Of a stretch of DNA of 64,000 nucleotides, positions 27,163-36,851 are shown one piece after another. The stretch's first letter is position 1, and each line of letters starts with the position of its first letter. The stretch comes from an uncultured Gammaproteobacteria bacterium. Lineage in GTDB: Bacteria > Patescibacteriota > Microgenomatia > UBA8517 > UBA10165. The notes under the pieces are model-generated. The model ran no database searches, was not told the origin of the DNA, and saw only the letters and a list, made by a program, of their open reading frames with translations. A program made the position numbers and the translations under genes. The stretch lies in assembly GCA_964472675.1 (NCBI GenBank), contig CAYYLO010000004.1, forward strand, positions 1,602 through 65,601. The letters are read 5' to 3'.

Positions 27163-28152
27163 ATGAATGATACTGCCCGAACCAGAAAAGCTCAAATAAG
27201 AAGTAAGCTTAAGCTTCGGCATTTAGCGGCAAAATCTTCATTTGCTCAAAAACATCCTCACGCAAAGTCTTTCTTTGATAATTCCGGAATTGACCTTGGG
27301 AAAATTAGACAGCATTCTACAAAATTGTTGACGGCTGGGGCTATCTCTGGCGCTTTGCTTTTGCCAGCGGTAAGCCATCTAACTCCGCTTCCTTCAACTT
27401 CCGCCACGATACATCGTGAGCCAAAAAACACCAACAACCTCACAGTGCCTCTTTCTGTTTCGGGAGTAGTTACAAGTACAGGACCAATTTCTTCCTCCCT
27501 TCCACGGCAATTTTTGGTTGGTAGACTTGCTCAGGTCTTACCTCCAATAGTTGACCGATTTTCACCGCATATTTCATACGAAGCAGAGAAAATAGCTGCC
27601 CAAATAGTAAGTCGCGCAACGGGTGTCCCTGCAAAAGCAAGTCTTGAAGGAGAGCGGTTAAACACTACATATGGGTACATAGGTATAGAGCAGCATTTAG
27701 CCAGGTATCCTGGCGATTCAATTGCCAAACACGGTTTGCCCAAAGAAGGTATGGCGCCAGGCTTAGGGGGATTTGGGTATTTCAATACGGCATCTGTTTT
27801 AACCCAAGATGCCATAACGCGAGAAAAATATTATGTGGTTGCTCAACTAATGTATTTGCCGGATTGGGGTAAAAGGACAAGATACTTGGCAAATTGGTAT
27901 AAATGGAGAAAGATGATTGTAGTCAATCCCGATAATGGGAATGCGGTTGTCGGGGATTTGGGGGACGCCGGGCCGGCGGCCTGGACTGGAAAACAATTTG
28001 GCGGCAGCCCAGAAGTTATGGACGCGCTGGGTGGTCATAGGTATACAAAAGGTCGAGTGCTATTTTTCTTTGTTGATGATGCGGAAAACAAAATTCCTTT
28101 GGGCCCTGTAAAATATGATGAAATCTCTAGCAATATAATGCAAGCAATATGA
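27163..28152 (+). CDS. Hypothetical exported protein
   Basis: 329 aa; EQHL.RYPGD, DAGPAAWTGKQFGGSPE motifs; operonic with gltX. Confidence 0.75.
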   Translation: MNDTARTRKAQIRSKLKLRHLAAKSSFAQKHPHAKSFFDNSGIDLGKIRQHSTKLLTAGAISGALLLPAVSHLTPLPSTSATIHREPKNTNNLTVPLSVSGVVTSTGPISSSLPRQFLVGRLAQVLPPIVDRFSPHISYEAEKIAAQIVSRATGVPAKASLEGERLNTTYGYIGIEQHLARYPGDSIAKHGLPKEGMAPGLGGFGYFNTASVLTQDAITREKYYVVAQLMYLPDWGKRTRYLANWYKWRKMIVVNPDNGNAVVGDLGDAGPAAWTGKQFGGSPEVMDALGGHRYTKGRVLFFFVDDAENKIPLGPVKYDEISSNIMQAI

Positions 28153-28155
28153 ACG

Positions 28156-28518
28156 ATGAGTAAATTATTCTATGACCATCTAATTATTCTGGAGGAAGTT
28201 GAAATCGAGTTGGGAAAACTCGAACTTTCCCGTGAGGAAAAAAGAGAGCTTGAGGAGTTAATTGAGGAGATTTTGCACCATAGGGTTTTGGGGCGGGTGC
28301 TTTCCGATTTGCCAGAAGTACACCATGAGGACTTTTTGCAAAAGTTTAAAAATGCTCCTCATGATACTTTTCTCATTGAATACTTAAACGAGCGTATAGA
28401 AAGGAGCGTTGAAGAACATATTAAGGAAGAGATTGAGAAATTGAAAAAAGAAATACTGACCGATATCCGGGGTACGACAAGACACAAAGGCCAGGGCAAG
28501 AAAAAACAGGACAAGTAA
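28156..28518 (+). CDS. Hypothetical helical protein
   Basis: 120 aa, MSKLFYDHLI..., acidic and His-rich. Confidence 0.72.
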   Translation: MSKLFYDHLIILEEVEIELGKLELSREEKRELEELIEEILHHRVLGRVLSDLPEVHHEDFLQKFKNAPHDTFLIEYLNERIERSVEEHIKEEIEKLKKEILTDIRGTTRHKGQGKKKQDK

Positions 28519-28755
28519 CTATTTACTTAAGCGAGTCCAGGCAAGCCAGACGGCAGAGACTCCAACCAGGACGTATATTAAGTCTGAAAGTCCTCTCCAG
28601 GAAGCAAGCACCACTTCTACTAAGTTCCAATTTCCTGCTCCCAGGAAATTCCCCAAACCCACAAGTCCCCAGTTTATGCCCCCAATAACTAATATCCACC
28701 ACGCCAGATTATTGATTGTTTTAACCTTAATTTCTAAAGTCACCTCCTCTCTCAA
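28519..28755 (-). CDS. DUF378 family small membrane protein
   Basis: LVIGGINWGLVG...NLV...IYVLVGVSA; exact start uncertain. Confidence 0.85.
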   Translation of the reverse strand: MREEVTLEIKVKTINNLAWWILVIGGINWGLVGLGNFLGAGNWNLVEVVLASWRGLSDLIYVLVGVSAVWLAWTRLSK

Positions 28756-28834
28756 GGCTATTCTTCCAAAGCGTATATATTTGTGTCAATGTGTAAAACT
28801 GTGTCAGCTAAATTTTGGTAAAATGGTATAGCTT

Positions 28835-29179
28835 ATGGATAGAAAGTATGGGGGGGTTATTTGGACTAACCACGCAATGCAGCGTTTGACAGAGCGTGGC
28901 ATAAGTCCAGGCGACGCTTTGGCTACCTGGAGAAATCCTGACCAGTCCCGTCCGGCAACTGCGCGAAATTCCTGGATATATTATAAAACGTATGGAAGTG
29001 AAAAAATTGAAGTCGTTGCTTCTAAGAACGACAAGGGAGAGGCTGTCATACTTTCAGTATGGTCCAGACCTGTTTATTCAAATGCAGGCTATCGATCTGG
29101 TTCCGCATTGGGAGTCTGGGATCGTGTTTTAGAGGTGATACTTAAGGCGCTTTTCGGTTGGCTTAGAAAGTCCTCCTGA
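28835..29179 (+). CDS. DUF4258-like protein
   Basis: WTNHAMQRLTERGIS motif. Confidence 0.7.
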   Translation: MDRKYGGVIWTNHAMQRLTERGISPGDALATWRNPDQSRPATARNSWIYYKTYGSEKIEVVASKNDKGEAVILSVWSRPVYSNAGYRSGSALGVWDRVLEVILKALFGWLRKSS

Positions 29180-29193
29180 TTCAAGAGTTGTCT

Positions 29194-30324
29194 TCATGCG
29201 GTTTCAGCAACAGCTTCAGCAACAGCTTTTGCCAAGCCCTTATCAAAAGGTCCGGGGATTATTTTTTCTCTGGTTGGATTTTTGACAAGTTTGCTTAATG
29301 CTGTCGCGGCAGCCTTTTTCATGTCCTGAGATATTGTGTTTGCTCCGACTGATAATGCCCCTTTAAAAATTCCCGGAAAGGCAAGGCTATTGTTTATTTG
29401 GTTGGCAAAATCTGATCTGCCGGTAGCGACAACATATGCGCCTGCCTTCTTTGCCCGATCCGGCATTATTTCGGGGTTAGGGTTTGCCATAGCAAAGATT
29501 ACTGGCTTGTTACCCATGAGCTTAATGTCATTTTCTTTAACGATATTTGCTGTGGAGACGCCTATTAATGCATCTGCCCCCATCAATGCGTCTTGTAAGC
29601 TGCCTGATAAATTTTGTTTGTTTGTAACTTTTGCCAGTTTTTGTTTATAAGCTTCTAAGCCCTTTCTGCTTTTTGAGATAATACCTTTGCTGTCAACACA
29701 AATAATGTTCGAAACTTCATCTTTTATTAGATAAACTATGCCAGATCCGGCTGCCCCGCTTCCCAAAATGACAACTTTTAAATTTTTCAATTTTTTACCT
29801 GTGACTATTGCAGCGTTTATTAATCCTGCCAGGACTACAACAGCAGTGCCATGTTGATCATCATGCATAACCGGAATTCCCAAACTTTGGAGTTTTTCTT
29901 CAACTTCAAAACAGCGCGGAGCGGCAATGTCTTCCAAGTTTATAGCCCCGAATACTGGTGAAATGTTTTTTACTGTTGCAACAATTTCGTCAACGTTTTG
30001 CGTTGTAAGGCAAACTGGAAAAGCGTCTAAATTAGCAAAAGTCTTAAAAAGTGCAGCTTTACCTTCCATAACTGGAAGAGCTGCTTCAGGCCCAATGTTG
30101 CCTAACCCCAGGACCGCGGATCCGTCGGTTACAATGCCTACAGTATGTCCTTTTATTGTATAGTCGAAAACTTTTTTCTTGTTTTTGGCGATTTCTTTTG
30201 AGGCTTCGGCAACTCCCGGGGTATAAGCCAAAGACAAATCGGCACGGTTTTTGACAGGGGAGATGACTAGTGTTCCAATTTTGCCTTTGTGTTTTTTGTG
30301 ATATTTTAACGCGTCGTTTATCAT
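29194..30324 (-). CDS. NAD(P)-dependent malic enzyme (short type)
   Basis: LAYTPGVA, VTDGSAVLGLG, PVMEGK, NLEDI, HDDQHGTA, TGRSD. Confidence 0.93.
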   Translation of the reverse strand: MINDALKYHKKHKGKIGTLVISPVKNRADLSLAYTPGVAEASKEIAKNKKKVFDYTIKGHTVGIVTDGSAVLGLGNIGPEAALPVMEGKAALFKTFANLDAFPVCLTTQNVDEIVATVKNISPVFGAINLEDIAAPRCFEVEEKLQSLGIPVMHDDQHGTAVVVLAGLINAAIVTGKKLKNLKVVILGSGAAGSGIVYLIKDEVSNIICVDSKGIISKSRKGLEAYKQKLAKVTNKQNLSGSLQDALMGADALIGVSTANIVKENDIKLMGNKPVIFAMANPNPEIMPDRAKKAGAYVVATGRSDFANQINNSLAFPGIFKGALSVGANTISQDMKKAAATALSKLVKNPTREKIIPGPFDKGLAKAVAEAVAETA

Positions 30325-30334
30325 AAAAAGAATT

Positions 30335-31453
30335 TTAATTTTTGTTTTTAGCAAAAACAAGCGCCGAAAGAAGCGTGGTAATCGGGACTGCCATTACTAA
30401 TCCAATGCTGGCAACAAGGGTTCTGACAATTTCTGTGGCAATGAGTTCATAGTTTATAACTTCTGAAAATGGTTTCGGACTATCAATAAAAAGCAGGAGG
30501 AGAGGTAAGGCAGCTGATGCATAAACAAGGACTAAAGTGTTAACAACCGAAGCAATATGGTCGCGCCCTATTTTCATTGCCCGATTGTATAAATCTATAA
30601 ACTTTGACTTAGGAGCGGCTTCTTTTAATTGTGCGACAATTGCTGCCTGAGAGATAGTAACGTCGTCCAATATTCCCAATCCCCCAATAATAATTCCTGC
30701 CAGCAACAACCCTTTTATGTTGATTGATGTAGAGTTTATAGTTTGCAGATAACTTGCCTCTTCTGAGGCAAAACCGGTAAGATTGGTAACTTCAACAAAT
30801 ATTTCTGCTAGAAGGCCGGTTATTATTAGCGCAGCAATTGTTCCCCCAATAGCTATTGTAGTTTTTTTATTTAAACCGTGAGAAAGGTAAAATGTTGTTG
30901 GCACAATTGCCAGAGCCGCAATAGTTGCAATCATAATAGGATCTTGACCTTGCATGATTTGTGGCAATATGAATTTAAAAATGACTACAAACGATAAAGC
31001 CATTCCGACCAGGGAGGACAACCCATGCCATCTTCCAACCAAAATTGCAATAATCACAAAAATTACAAAGAGCAGCAATAAACCATCCCGTCTGACATAA
31101 TCGGCAATATAATAACTATCTGCACCCTGATAATTTTTACTGTAATTAACAATCAATTTATCATTAACTTTATATCTTTGAGGGTTAGCAACAGGAACAT
31201 TGCCGTTTTCAATTTTAACGACATTTCCTTTGCGGGGCCCGCTGGTTATTTCCATTTCCAGTTTTTGGTAGAGTTGTTCCGATCCGTTTTCTGTATTAAT
31301 ACTTTTCTCTTCTAAAACTTTGATTATTTTGGCTTCCATGGTTTGTTCGGAAGCAGTACTACTTTCTTGGGCGAAAGTAGTGATGGGCAAGAAAAAAGCA
31401 GCAACTAATAGAAACGTAAGGGTAAAAATGTTTAAGAAAAATTTGGTCTTCAT
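30335..31453 (-). CDS. YibE/F family membrane protein
   Basis: GILDDVTISQ, GRDHIASVVNTLVLVYA, EIVRTL. Confidence 0.9.
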   Translation of the reverse strand: MKTKFFLNIFTLTFLLVAAFFLPITTFAQESSTASEQTMEAKIIKVLEEKSINTENGSEQLYQKLEMEITSGPRKGNVVKIENGNVPVANPQRYKVNDKLIVNYSKNYQGADSYYIADYVRRDGLLLLFVIFVIIAILVGRWHGLSSLVGMALSFVVIFKFILPQIMQGQDPIMIATIAALAIVPTTFYLSHGLNKKTTIAIGGTIAALIITGLLAEIFVEVTNLTGFASEEASYLQTINSTSINIKGLLLAGIIIGGLGILDDVTISQAAIVAQLKEAAPKSKFIDLYNRAMKIGRDHIASVVNTLVLVYASAALPLLLLFIDSPKPFSEVINYELIATEIVRTLVASIGLVMAVPITTLLSALVFAKNKN

Positions 31454-31842
31454 TTAACTTCGGGGTATCTGTCTGGCTGGGAACGGTAGTAATCTGCCCA
31501 TTCGGAATCGTCTGGAACCTCGACTGTTTCTATATACGTTCTGTCGTTAAAGGCTCCTGCCTTTTGAGCTTTTTGGGCCCTTAGTTTTTCAAGTTGTTCG
31601 GGAGTAATGCCGGCAAGCTCACACATAAGATTAACTAACTCCTGAATATCAGCCAGTTCTCCAGGGATCTCTTTTCCTGAAGCTGCGTTTAATTCTCTTA
31701 CCTCTTCTAAAAGTTTTGTCCGTGCGGCATCTAACATTTCTATGTCGGACAATGTTCTCGACTTAACAGTTCCACCATTGCCAACGATTTTGTCCACAAT
31801 TCCATCTCTGACCAACTTATCAAATCTAAATTTTGCCATCAT
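31450..31842 (-). CDS. MazG-like/PRA-PH nucleotide pyrophosphohydrolase
   Basis: KLVRD, KLLEEVRE, ELADIQE. Confidence 0.82.
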   Translation of the reverse strand: MMAKFRFDKLVRDGIVDKIVGNGGTVKSRTLSDIEMLDAARTKLLEEVRELNAASGKEIPGELADIQELVNLMCELAGITPEQLEKLRAQKAQKAGAFNDRTYIETVEVPDDSEWADYYRSQPDRYPEVK

Positions 31843-31941
31843 GTTGGGCTAATTGTACAATACGAAGAGTGCAAATGCTTTGGGCGGTTGGTTTAACGTA
31901 ACGTAAGTTCCGGCGAATATCTTCTATGGTATAATTCTAAT

Positions 31942-32217
31942 ATGAAGCAAAGTATTGCCAATTACACTGTTGTTATAGAAAAAGAAAAAAGGCTTGGCAC
32001 GAACAAGGAATGTTATAGTGCTGTGGTGCCTGTGCTAGGTGTCGCAACCGAAGCGGATACTCTTGACCGTGTACAAAAGGACATTCAAGCTCTCGTGCAA
32101 TTCCACATAGAGTCTTTGTCGGAGGAAGGGGAAACCATTCCTGTTGAAAGCAAACAGTCTTTTGTGACAAAAATCGAAGCGTTTCTACCCAAGAAAACAC
32201 ACCTTGCTGTTTCATGA
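31942..32217 (+). CDS. hicB: HicB-like antitoxin
   Basis: YTVVIE...YSAVVP.LG..TEADT...GETIP. Confidence 0.8.
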   Translation: MKQSIANYTVVIEKEKRLGTNKECYSAVVPVLGVATEADTLDRVQKDIQALVQFHIESLSEEGETIPVESKQSFVTKIEAFLPKKTHLAVS

Positions 32218-32444
32218 GCAAACTTCCTCAGATCAAACCTCGTATTTTGGTGAAGTTCTTTCTAAAACAAGGTTTTCAAGTAAGCAGGCAAGTGGGTTCT
32301 CATGTTAGGCTGGTGCATCCAAAAGGGAGTAAGATTACTATAGCTGTCCATAATAAGCCAATTGCTCCTGGCACATTAAGTTCTATTTTGAAGCAAGCCC
32401 AAATGGATAAAGAGACTTTTGTCAAACTCTTCAAAAAAGCTTAG
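32214..32444 (+). CDS. hicA: HicA mRNA-interferase toxin
   Basis: RQVGSHV...VH.KPI..GTLSSILKQA; ATGA overlap with hicB. Confidence 0.88.
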   Translation: MSKLPQIKPRILVKFFLKQGFQVSRQVGSHVRLVHPKGSKITIAVHNKPIAPGTLSSILKQAQMDKETFVKLFKKA

Positions 32445-32477
32445 AAAATATTCTAAGGAAGAGAAAGTTTCAAAGGC

Positions 32478-32690
32478 TTAAGAAGTTGATTGCAGGATCT
32501 TTTTGGCTTTTTCAAGATCCTTCTTTGAGACTTTGAGTTGTGCTCCAAAAGAATAAGCTGGAAATTGATGTACGCCCCCTGCATCGTCTGCTTCTATCTC
32601 TGCAGTTGTCCCGTTTACTTCTAGAAATCCTTTGGCAATTTCAGCTTCCAATCGAGTAGGATAGCTAGTTACAGCGACAAGCTCTGCCAT
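32478..32690 (-). CDS. DUF2007-like small protein
   Basis: EAEIAKGFLE..G...LKV...DLEKAKKIL. Confidence 0.75.
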   Translation of the reverse strand: MAELVAVTSYPTRLEAEIAKGFLEVNGTTAEIEADDAGGVHQFPAYSFGAQLKVSKKDLEKAKKILQSTS

Positions 32691-32728
32691 ATGTGCAGTA
32701 TACCAAAACACTGTATTCCATTTTGACC

Positions 32729-32756
32729 ATTAACCTCCCGATCGAGAGGTTAATGT
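32729..32756. repeat. Hairpin, possible terminator
   Basis: CATTAACCTC...GAGGTTAATG. Confidence 0.5.
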
Positions 32757-32771
32757 CCCAGTTAGAATCTT

Positions 32772-33698
32772 TTAGGGATTAACCCATTCGGGTTGGGCGA
32801 AGGAGGACATATAGATGGGTAGCTTTTCAATATTGGTTAGACTACCGTTTTTGTAAGTTAAGCGAATGGCTAAACCTTTCTTAGTTTCTTCACTCCAGGC
32901 TTGGTCAAAAATAAAATTACCCAAAGAATAAAAAACTGGTTTGCCGCCGATTGTATCTATATCCTGCACCCAATGAGGATGCGCGCCAACAATAACATCT
33001 GCTCCTGCGTTTACAAATTCCTTAGCAATTTGTTTTTGCTGAGCGTTCGGGTGGGCTTTATATTCAACTCCCCAGTGGACCATAACAAATAAGATATCAA
33101 CATTTCTTTTTGAATTTTTAATCAATTCGTAGTCTGAAGGTTTTGGTTGGTAGTCAACATAATCAAAACCCAAAAAGCCCAACTTTTTTCCGTTGATTTC
33201 TTTAATAGCCAGGTTGTCTGCGCCAACGTAATCAATACCTGTGTCTTTTAAGTACTTTTTTGTTTGGGCAATTCCTTCCTGTCCATAATTTGCAGCATGG
33301 TTATTGGCAATGCTGGCAACATCAACTCCAGCAAAGCTTAAACCTGCAACCATTTTTGGGTCAGCGCAAAATTTAAATCCACTATCATGTTTGGGGCAGT
33401 TGGCAACAATTGGATTTTCCAAATTTCCAAAAACAAGATCCGCACTTTTAAGTACATCTGCCACTTTTTCAAAAGGGTAGTGGGGGTTGTTTTTGGAGAG
33501 GCTTGTTGTCATAACGCTTCTCCCAAGCATGATGTCTCCTGTTAATAAAATAGTTGTGTCGTTGCTGCTAATATTTAAGCTAGTTGTTTTGAAAAGAGGA
33601 AATTTTTTAGGTATTGATGTGGCTTGGGGCTTAAAAGTAAAAACCGTGATTCCAATAAGTGAAGTTGTTATTGTAAAAACAAAGAGCCACTTCTTCAT
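32772..33698 (-). CDS. CapA/PGA_cap family metallophosphoesterase
   Basis: TGDIMLGR, GNLE, ANNH, HWGVEY, GAHPH, YSLGNFIFDQ. Confidence 0.9.
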   Translation of the reverse strand: MKKWLFVFTITTSLIGITVFTFKPQATSIPKKFPLFKTTSLNISSNDTTILLTGDIMLGRSVMTTSLSKNNPHYPFEKVADVLKSADLVFGNLENPIVANCPKHDSGFKFCADPKMVAGLSFAGVDVASIANNHAANYGQEGIAQTKKYLKDTGIDYVGADNLAIKEINGKKLGFLGFDYVDYQPKPSDYELIKNSKRNVDILFVMVHWGVEYKAHPNAQQKQIAKEFVNAGADVIVGAHPHWVQDIDTIGGKPVFYSLGNFIFDQAWSEETKKGLAIRLTYKNGSLTNIEKLPIYMSSFAQPEWVNP

Positions 33699-33766
33699 GT
33701 CTCAAGTATATCAATATTAGTGTCGCTGGCTCGAGTGTATGGGAATCTTGACCAGACCACGATAAT

Positions 33767-34504
33767 CTAAATAATTTTTTTCAGTAGTATCTGCCTTTGC
33801 ACTTGAACGTTTCTAGAGTTTGTAGAGAGGTCAAGGTCAATGTTAACGCCAGACACGATACCTAGTCTTAATCGTATCGTGTAAACAATATTGTCTATTG
33901 CTGTAACTCTAAAGGGCACTACGTTACTTTTATTGAAAATACGTTTTGTTATGCTTTCAATTTCTTCACAGGTCAGTTTTGTATCTATATCTACATGAAT
34001 ATGCGGCAACCAATAGGGAAGCCATTTGTCGCTTGTGTCCGTAACTGGAAGAAGTTCTATTAGTGGATCGTTCCAGTAGTCAGTATTACCAATAAAGTAC
34101 CACTTTGCTTGATCGTTTGAATTTTCCTCATACAAATGCCAGTTGCTGTCAGACACGTTATTTGTTAGCGTTTGTCTTTCTTGTGTTTGAGAATCTGTTT
34201 TGTAGCAAAAACCAATGTGATTGAGGCTTACTACTGCATCCCTTTGCGATAAGTCTTGAATAAGAGTCTCAATAGGTTCAAAGCTAACAAAGTCGTCTTT
34301 CAGAGAAGACTTGTATTCAAATATTTTCTCAATTTCCAAGTTAATGGGAAAAACTAGTTGGCTGGAAATGGTACTTAGAAGAGTTTTGTTATCTGTGGCA
34401 AGAATCGCAATCTCGTCGTCTTTTACAAATGATTCTAATTGTCTATTTAAAGAGAGTAACTTGAATATTTCCTTTAGCTTATCTACCATTTTGCCTGCTT
34501 CCAC
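33767..34504 (-). CDS. Hypothetical protein (possible VOC/glyoxalase-like, LNHIGFCY)
   Basis: 245-aa ORF; start may be ATG at 34489. Confidence 0.7.
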   Translation of the reverse strand: MEAGKMVDKLKEIFKLLSLNRQLESFVKDDEIAILATDNKTLLSTISSQLVFPINLEIEKIFEYKSSLKDDFVSFEPIETLIQDLSQRDAVVSLNHIGFCYKTDSQTQERQTLTNNVSDSNWHLYEENSNDQAKWYFIGNTDYWNDPLIELLPVTDTSDKWLPYWLPHIHVDIDTKLTCEEIESITKRIFNKSNVVPFRVTAIDNIVYTIRLRLGIVSGVNIDLDLSTNSRNVQVQRQILLKKII

Positions 34505-34529
34505 AAAGTAAATATACCACCTTAATTGC

Positions 34530-34554
34530 AGATAATCCTGAGTGTAGTCGAAGG
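34530..34554. repeat. REP-like half element
   Basis: ATCCTGAGTGTAGTCGAAGG; reverse-complement-related to TTCGACTACGCT at 36289. Confidence 0.5.
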
Positions 34555-34694
34555 GCTGGCCGTTTACGAAAAATGTCGAACGTCATTTGATTAGCTCCAG
34601 CGCGGGGCCCCAACCCGCCGCGTCTCCGAAACTATTGGACTGTATTCCAGCCTAATTACAGTTTTTCATTAGTACTTAATCATAATCAAGGTTT

Positions 34695-35345
34695 TTAGTT
34701 TTTGGGCAATTTAGCACCTTTAACCACAAGCCAAGCTAAAAAGATTACTTCGCCAAAAGTCATGATTTGAAGTGTTGACATCAATGCTGCAAAGTTTGGC
34801 AAAAGTAATTTCATAAAAGAATCGAGTGTATAACCTATGCCCCCGATTACCACCACTATACCTATGATTTTAGGAAAATAACCGGACTTATAAATCAAAA
34901 TCCCGAGCGGAAAAAGCCAGAGGCCCCAAAATATGGAGGCAATTACAATTCCTTGTGCGTGCAAATTAAGAAAAAACATCATTTGTTGTGGGTCATTTAA
35001 GAGCTGAAAAGCAGCAAGATTATTAAGTTCATTTAGCATCGCAATTGGAACACTGATTAAAGCAAATACGATCATGATCAATGGATAGATTTTGTTAACT
35101 GTCGCAAGTAACCTGTACAAAAATATTGCAGCGAAGATAAAGATAAGTTGAGTTATCAGACCTCCAACAATACCTGCTCTGAAAAGAAATTCATTAGATA
35201 TGATATTTTTAGCTGTTGTGGCAGCATCACCTTGCACAATAAGAGTAGTGGGAATATATATGATGCTAAAAAATCCAAATACTATCCAAATTGGATATAG
35301 TATCCTCAAAAAAGTTAGCGAGCTTTGTTGCGACAGTTTTTCCAT
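34695..35345 (-). CDS. DUF4386 family membrane protein
   Basis: GDAATTAKNI, IFWGLWLFPLG.LIYKSGYFPK. Confidence 0.85.
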   Translation of the reverse strand: MEKLSQQSSLTFLRILYPIWIVFGFFSIIYIPTTLIVQGDAATTAKNIISNEFLFRAGIVGGLITQLIFIFAAIFLYRLLATVNKIYPLIMIVFALISVPIAMLNELNNLAAFQLLNDPQQMMFFLNLHAQGIVIASIFWGLWLFPLGILIYKSGYFPKIIGIVVVIGGIGYTLDSFMKLLLPNFAALMSTLQIMTFGEVIFLAWLVVKGAKLPKN

Positions 35346-35346
35346 A

Positions 35347-35763
35347 TTATTCACTTCTAGTTTTATGCCACTTCCAGGCATACCAAACTATAAATGCAGT
35401 AGTTGTTATTTCTATAATGCTAAAAAAGATGTAGTAGATTGTTGGAGATCCCAAAAACAATGTAGCACTTTGTACAACAGTCATTATAAAGCCTGCAATT
35501 ATATTTGCCCATCGGTTTAACCTAAAAACCAAAATCCGAGATAAAAGAACCATAACCATCGGAAGTTCTACCAACATGGATGCTCCTAATAAAAATCCCT
35601 GCGACATCTCTATACCTTCAACCCTTCCGGTTAAAAATTGTTTGAGCAAATTTGCATCCATCAGCCCAACAACGTCACAGTAAAGATAATTAAGACTTGC
35701 AAATATCCACAAAGTAGAAAGAAGAGTTTTCCTGTCAATTTTTCCTATTTTTGCTTGAAGCAT
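35347..35763 (-). CDS. DUF6326-like membrane protein
   Basis: LSTLWIFASLNYLYCDV, NRWANIIAG, IVWYAWKW. Confidence 0.75.
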   Translation of the reverse strand: MLQAKIGKIDRKTLLSTLWIFASLNYLYCDVVGLMDANLLKQFLTGRVEGIEMSQGFLLGASMLVELPMVMVLLSRILVFRLNRWANIIAGFIMTVVQSATLFLGSPTIYYIFFSIIEITTTAFIVWYAWKWHKTRSE

Positions 35764-35826
35764 TTCTTAGATTATAGCGTAATAAGTAATTGAGCTCATA
35801 GCAAATACGAGTCCGAATCCAAAGTG

Positions 35827-35897
35827 CTGCGGGACTAGGATTCGAACCTAGGTACCGGCTTTCAGAGAGCCGTGTCCTACCACTAGACGATCCCGCA
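35827..35897 (-). tRNA. tRNA-Gln(CUG), CCA not encoded
   Basis: TGCGGGA acceptor; CGGCT-CTCTGAA-AGCCG anticodon arm; GGTTCGAATCC. Confidence 0.95.
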
Positions 35898-35953
35898 TCG
35901 GCAGTGACATATTTTATCACTTTCAGCCTCACAAGGGTATGTTAAAATGAAAT

Positions 35954-36268
35954 ATGGCCAAATCAAAAGCAACACCCCTTACTCTGGATGCGCTTGAGAA
36001 AAGTCTTTTACCTCGAATGGAAGAAGTGATTGACGAGAGGATGGCAGTTTACAGCACACGCCTTGAAGAGCGAATAGAAGAAAAAATTGGCCAGATGGAA
36101 GACAAACTCAAAATTTACAGAAATGAAGTTCTAGAATTTAAGGATGAGGTCATAGGTGAAGTAAAGGGGCTTCGTGAGGAAGTTGCAGTTGCACTTCATC
36201 AATACGAACGCACAACAAAAAGAGTAGAGGATATTGAAAAACACCTCAACATCGATCCGATTGATTGA
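35954..36268 (+). CDS. Hypothetical coiled-coil protein
   Basis: 104 aa; KDEVIGEVKGLREE...RVEDIEK. Confidence 0.72.
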   Translation: MAKSKATPLTLDALEKSLLPRMEEVIDERMAVYSTRLEERIEEKIGQMEDKLKIYRNEVLEFKDEVIGEVKGLREEVAVALHQYERTTKRVEDIEKHLNIDPID

Positions 36269-36322
36269 TAACTTTGAGACTTTTCCCGTTCGACTACGCT
36301 TGGAGTCAGAATGACGCGGCTT

Positions 36323-36730
36323 TTAGGAGTTCTTTTTAAACTTGGAGAGCTTGAAGCCGCCGATTCCTATGCCCGCGAAGGCTGGGATTGCTAAAAATAG
36401 AGGGAATCCTGTTTCAGGAAGCGCTTGCCCACCTTTTGTTGTTGCAGGGCCTGTTGCAACTTCTGCAGGGGTAGGTGTGGGGGTTGGTGTTACACCCTCC
36501 GGCAAAGTAACAGTAGCACCAGGTTCAGCTGGAGTGGGTGTGCCTTGGATATTTAAAGATAGATTACTGTCATTAATACCAGTGGTAGTTTGGTCGGTTG
36601 TTCTATTGGCCAATATTCTATAACCTACAAACAATGCTAAAAGGACGAGAGTGGCACCAAGAACTGGAGGCCCATAGGTAGGCCAATAGTAAGTAATTCT
36701 TTCTCTTATTTTTTGGAATCTCTCTTCCAT
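36323..36730 (-). CDS. Small P/T-rich protein with N-terminal TM and C-terminal LPETG-TM-basic tail
   Basis: QALPETGFPLFLAIPAFAGIGIGGFKLSKFKKNS. Confidence 0.75.
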   Translation of the reverse strand: MEERFQKIRERITYYWPTYGPPVLGATLVLLALFVGYRILANRTTDQTTTGINDSNLSLNIQGTPTPAEPGATVTLPEGVTPTPTPTPAEVATGPATTKGGQALPETGFPLFLAIPAFAGIGIGGFKLSKFKKNS

Positions 36731-36851
36731 AGGTTGTAACTGTAATGGAGCAGATCAGGAGGCAGGGCTATTCGTAAACTATTGGTATTATACGGCAAGT
36801 TTATAAGATTGCAAGAGGTGATGTCAAGTAGTAATATACTAGGGGTCCAAG

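Noticed and set aside
31942-32444. hicB-hicA gene order as a novelty
   Set aside because: hicBA order with a short HicB is a known arrangement
34606-34628. GC-rich stretch faintly like a tmRNA 3' end
   Set aside because: No TTCGA T-loop or CCA; too degenerate to call
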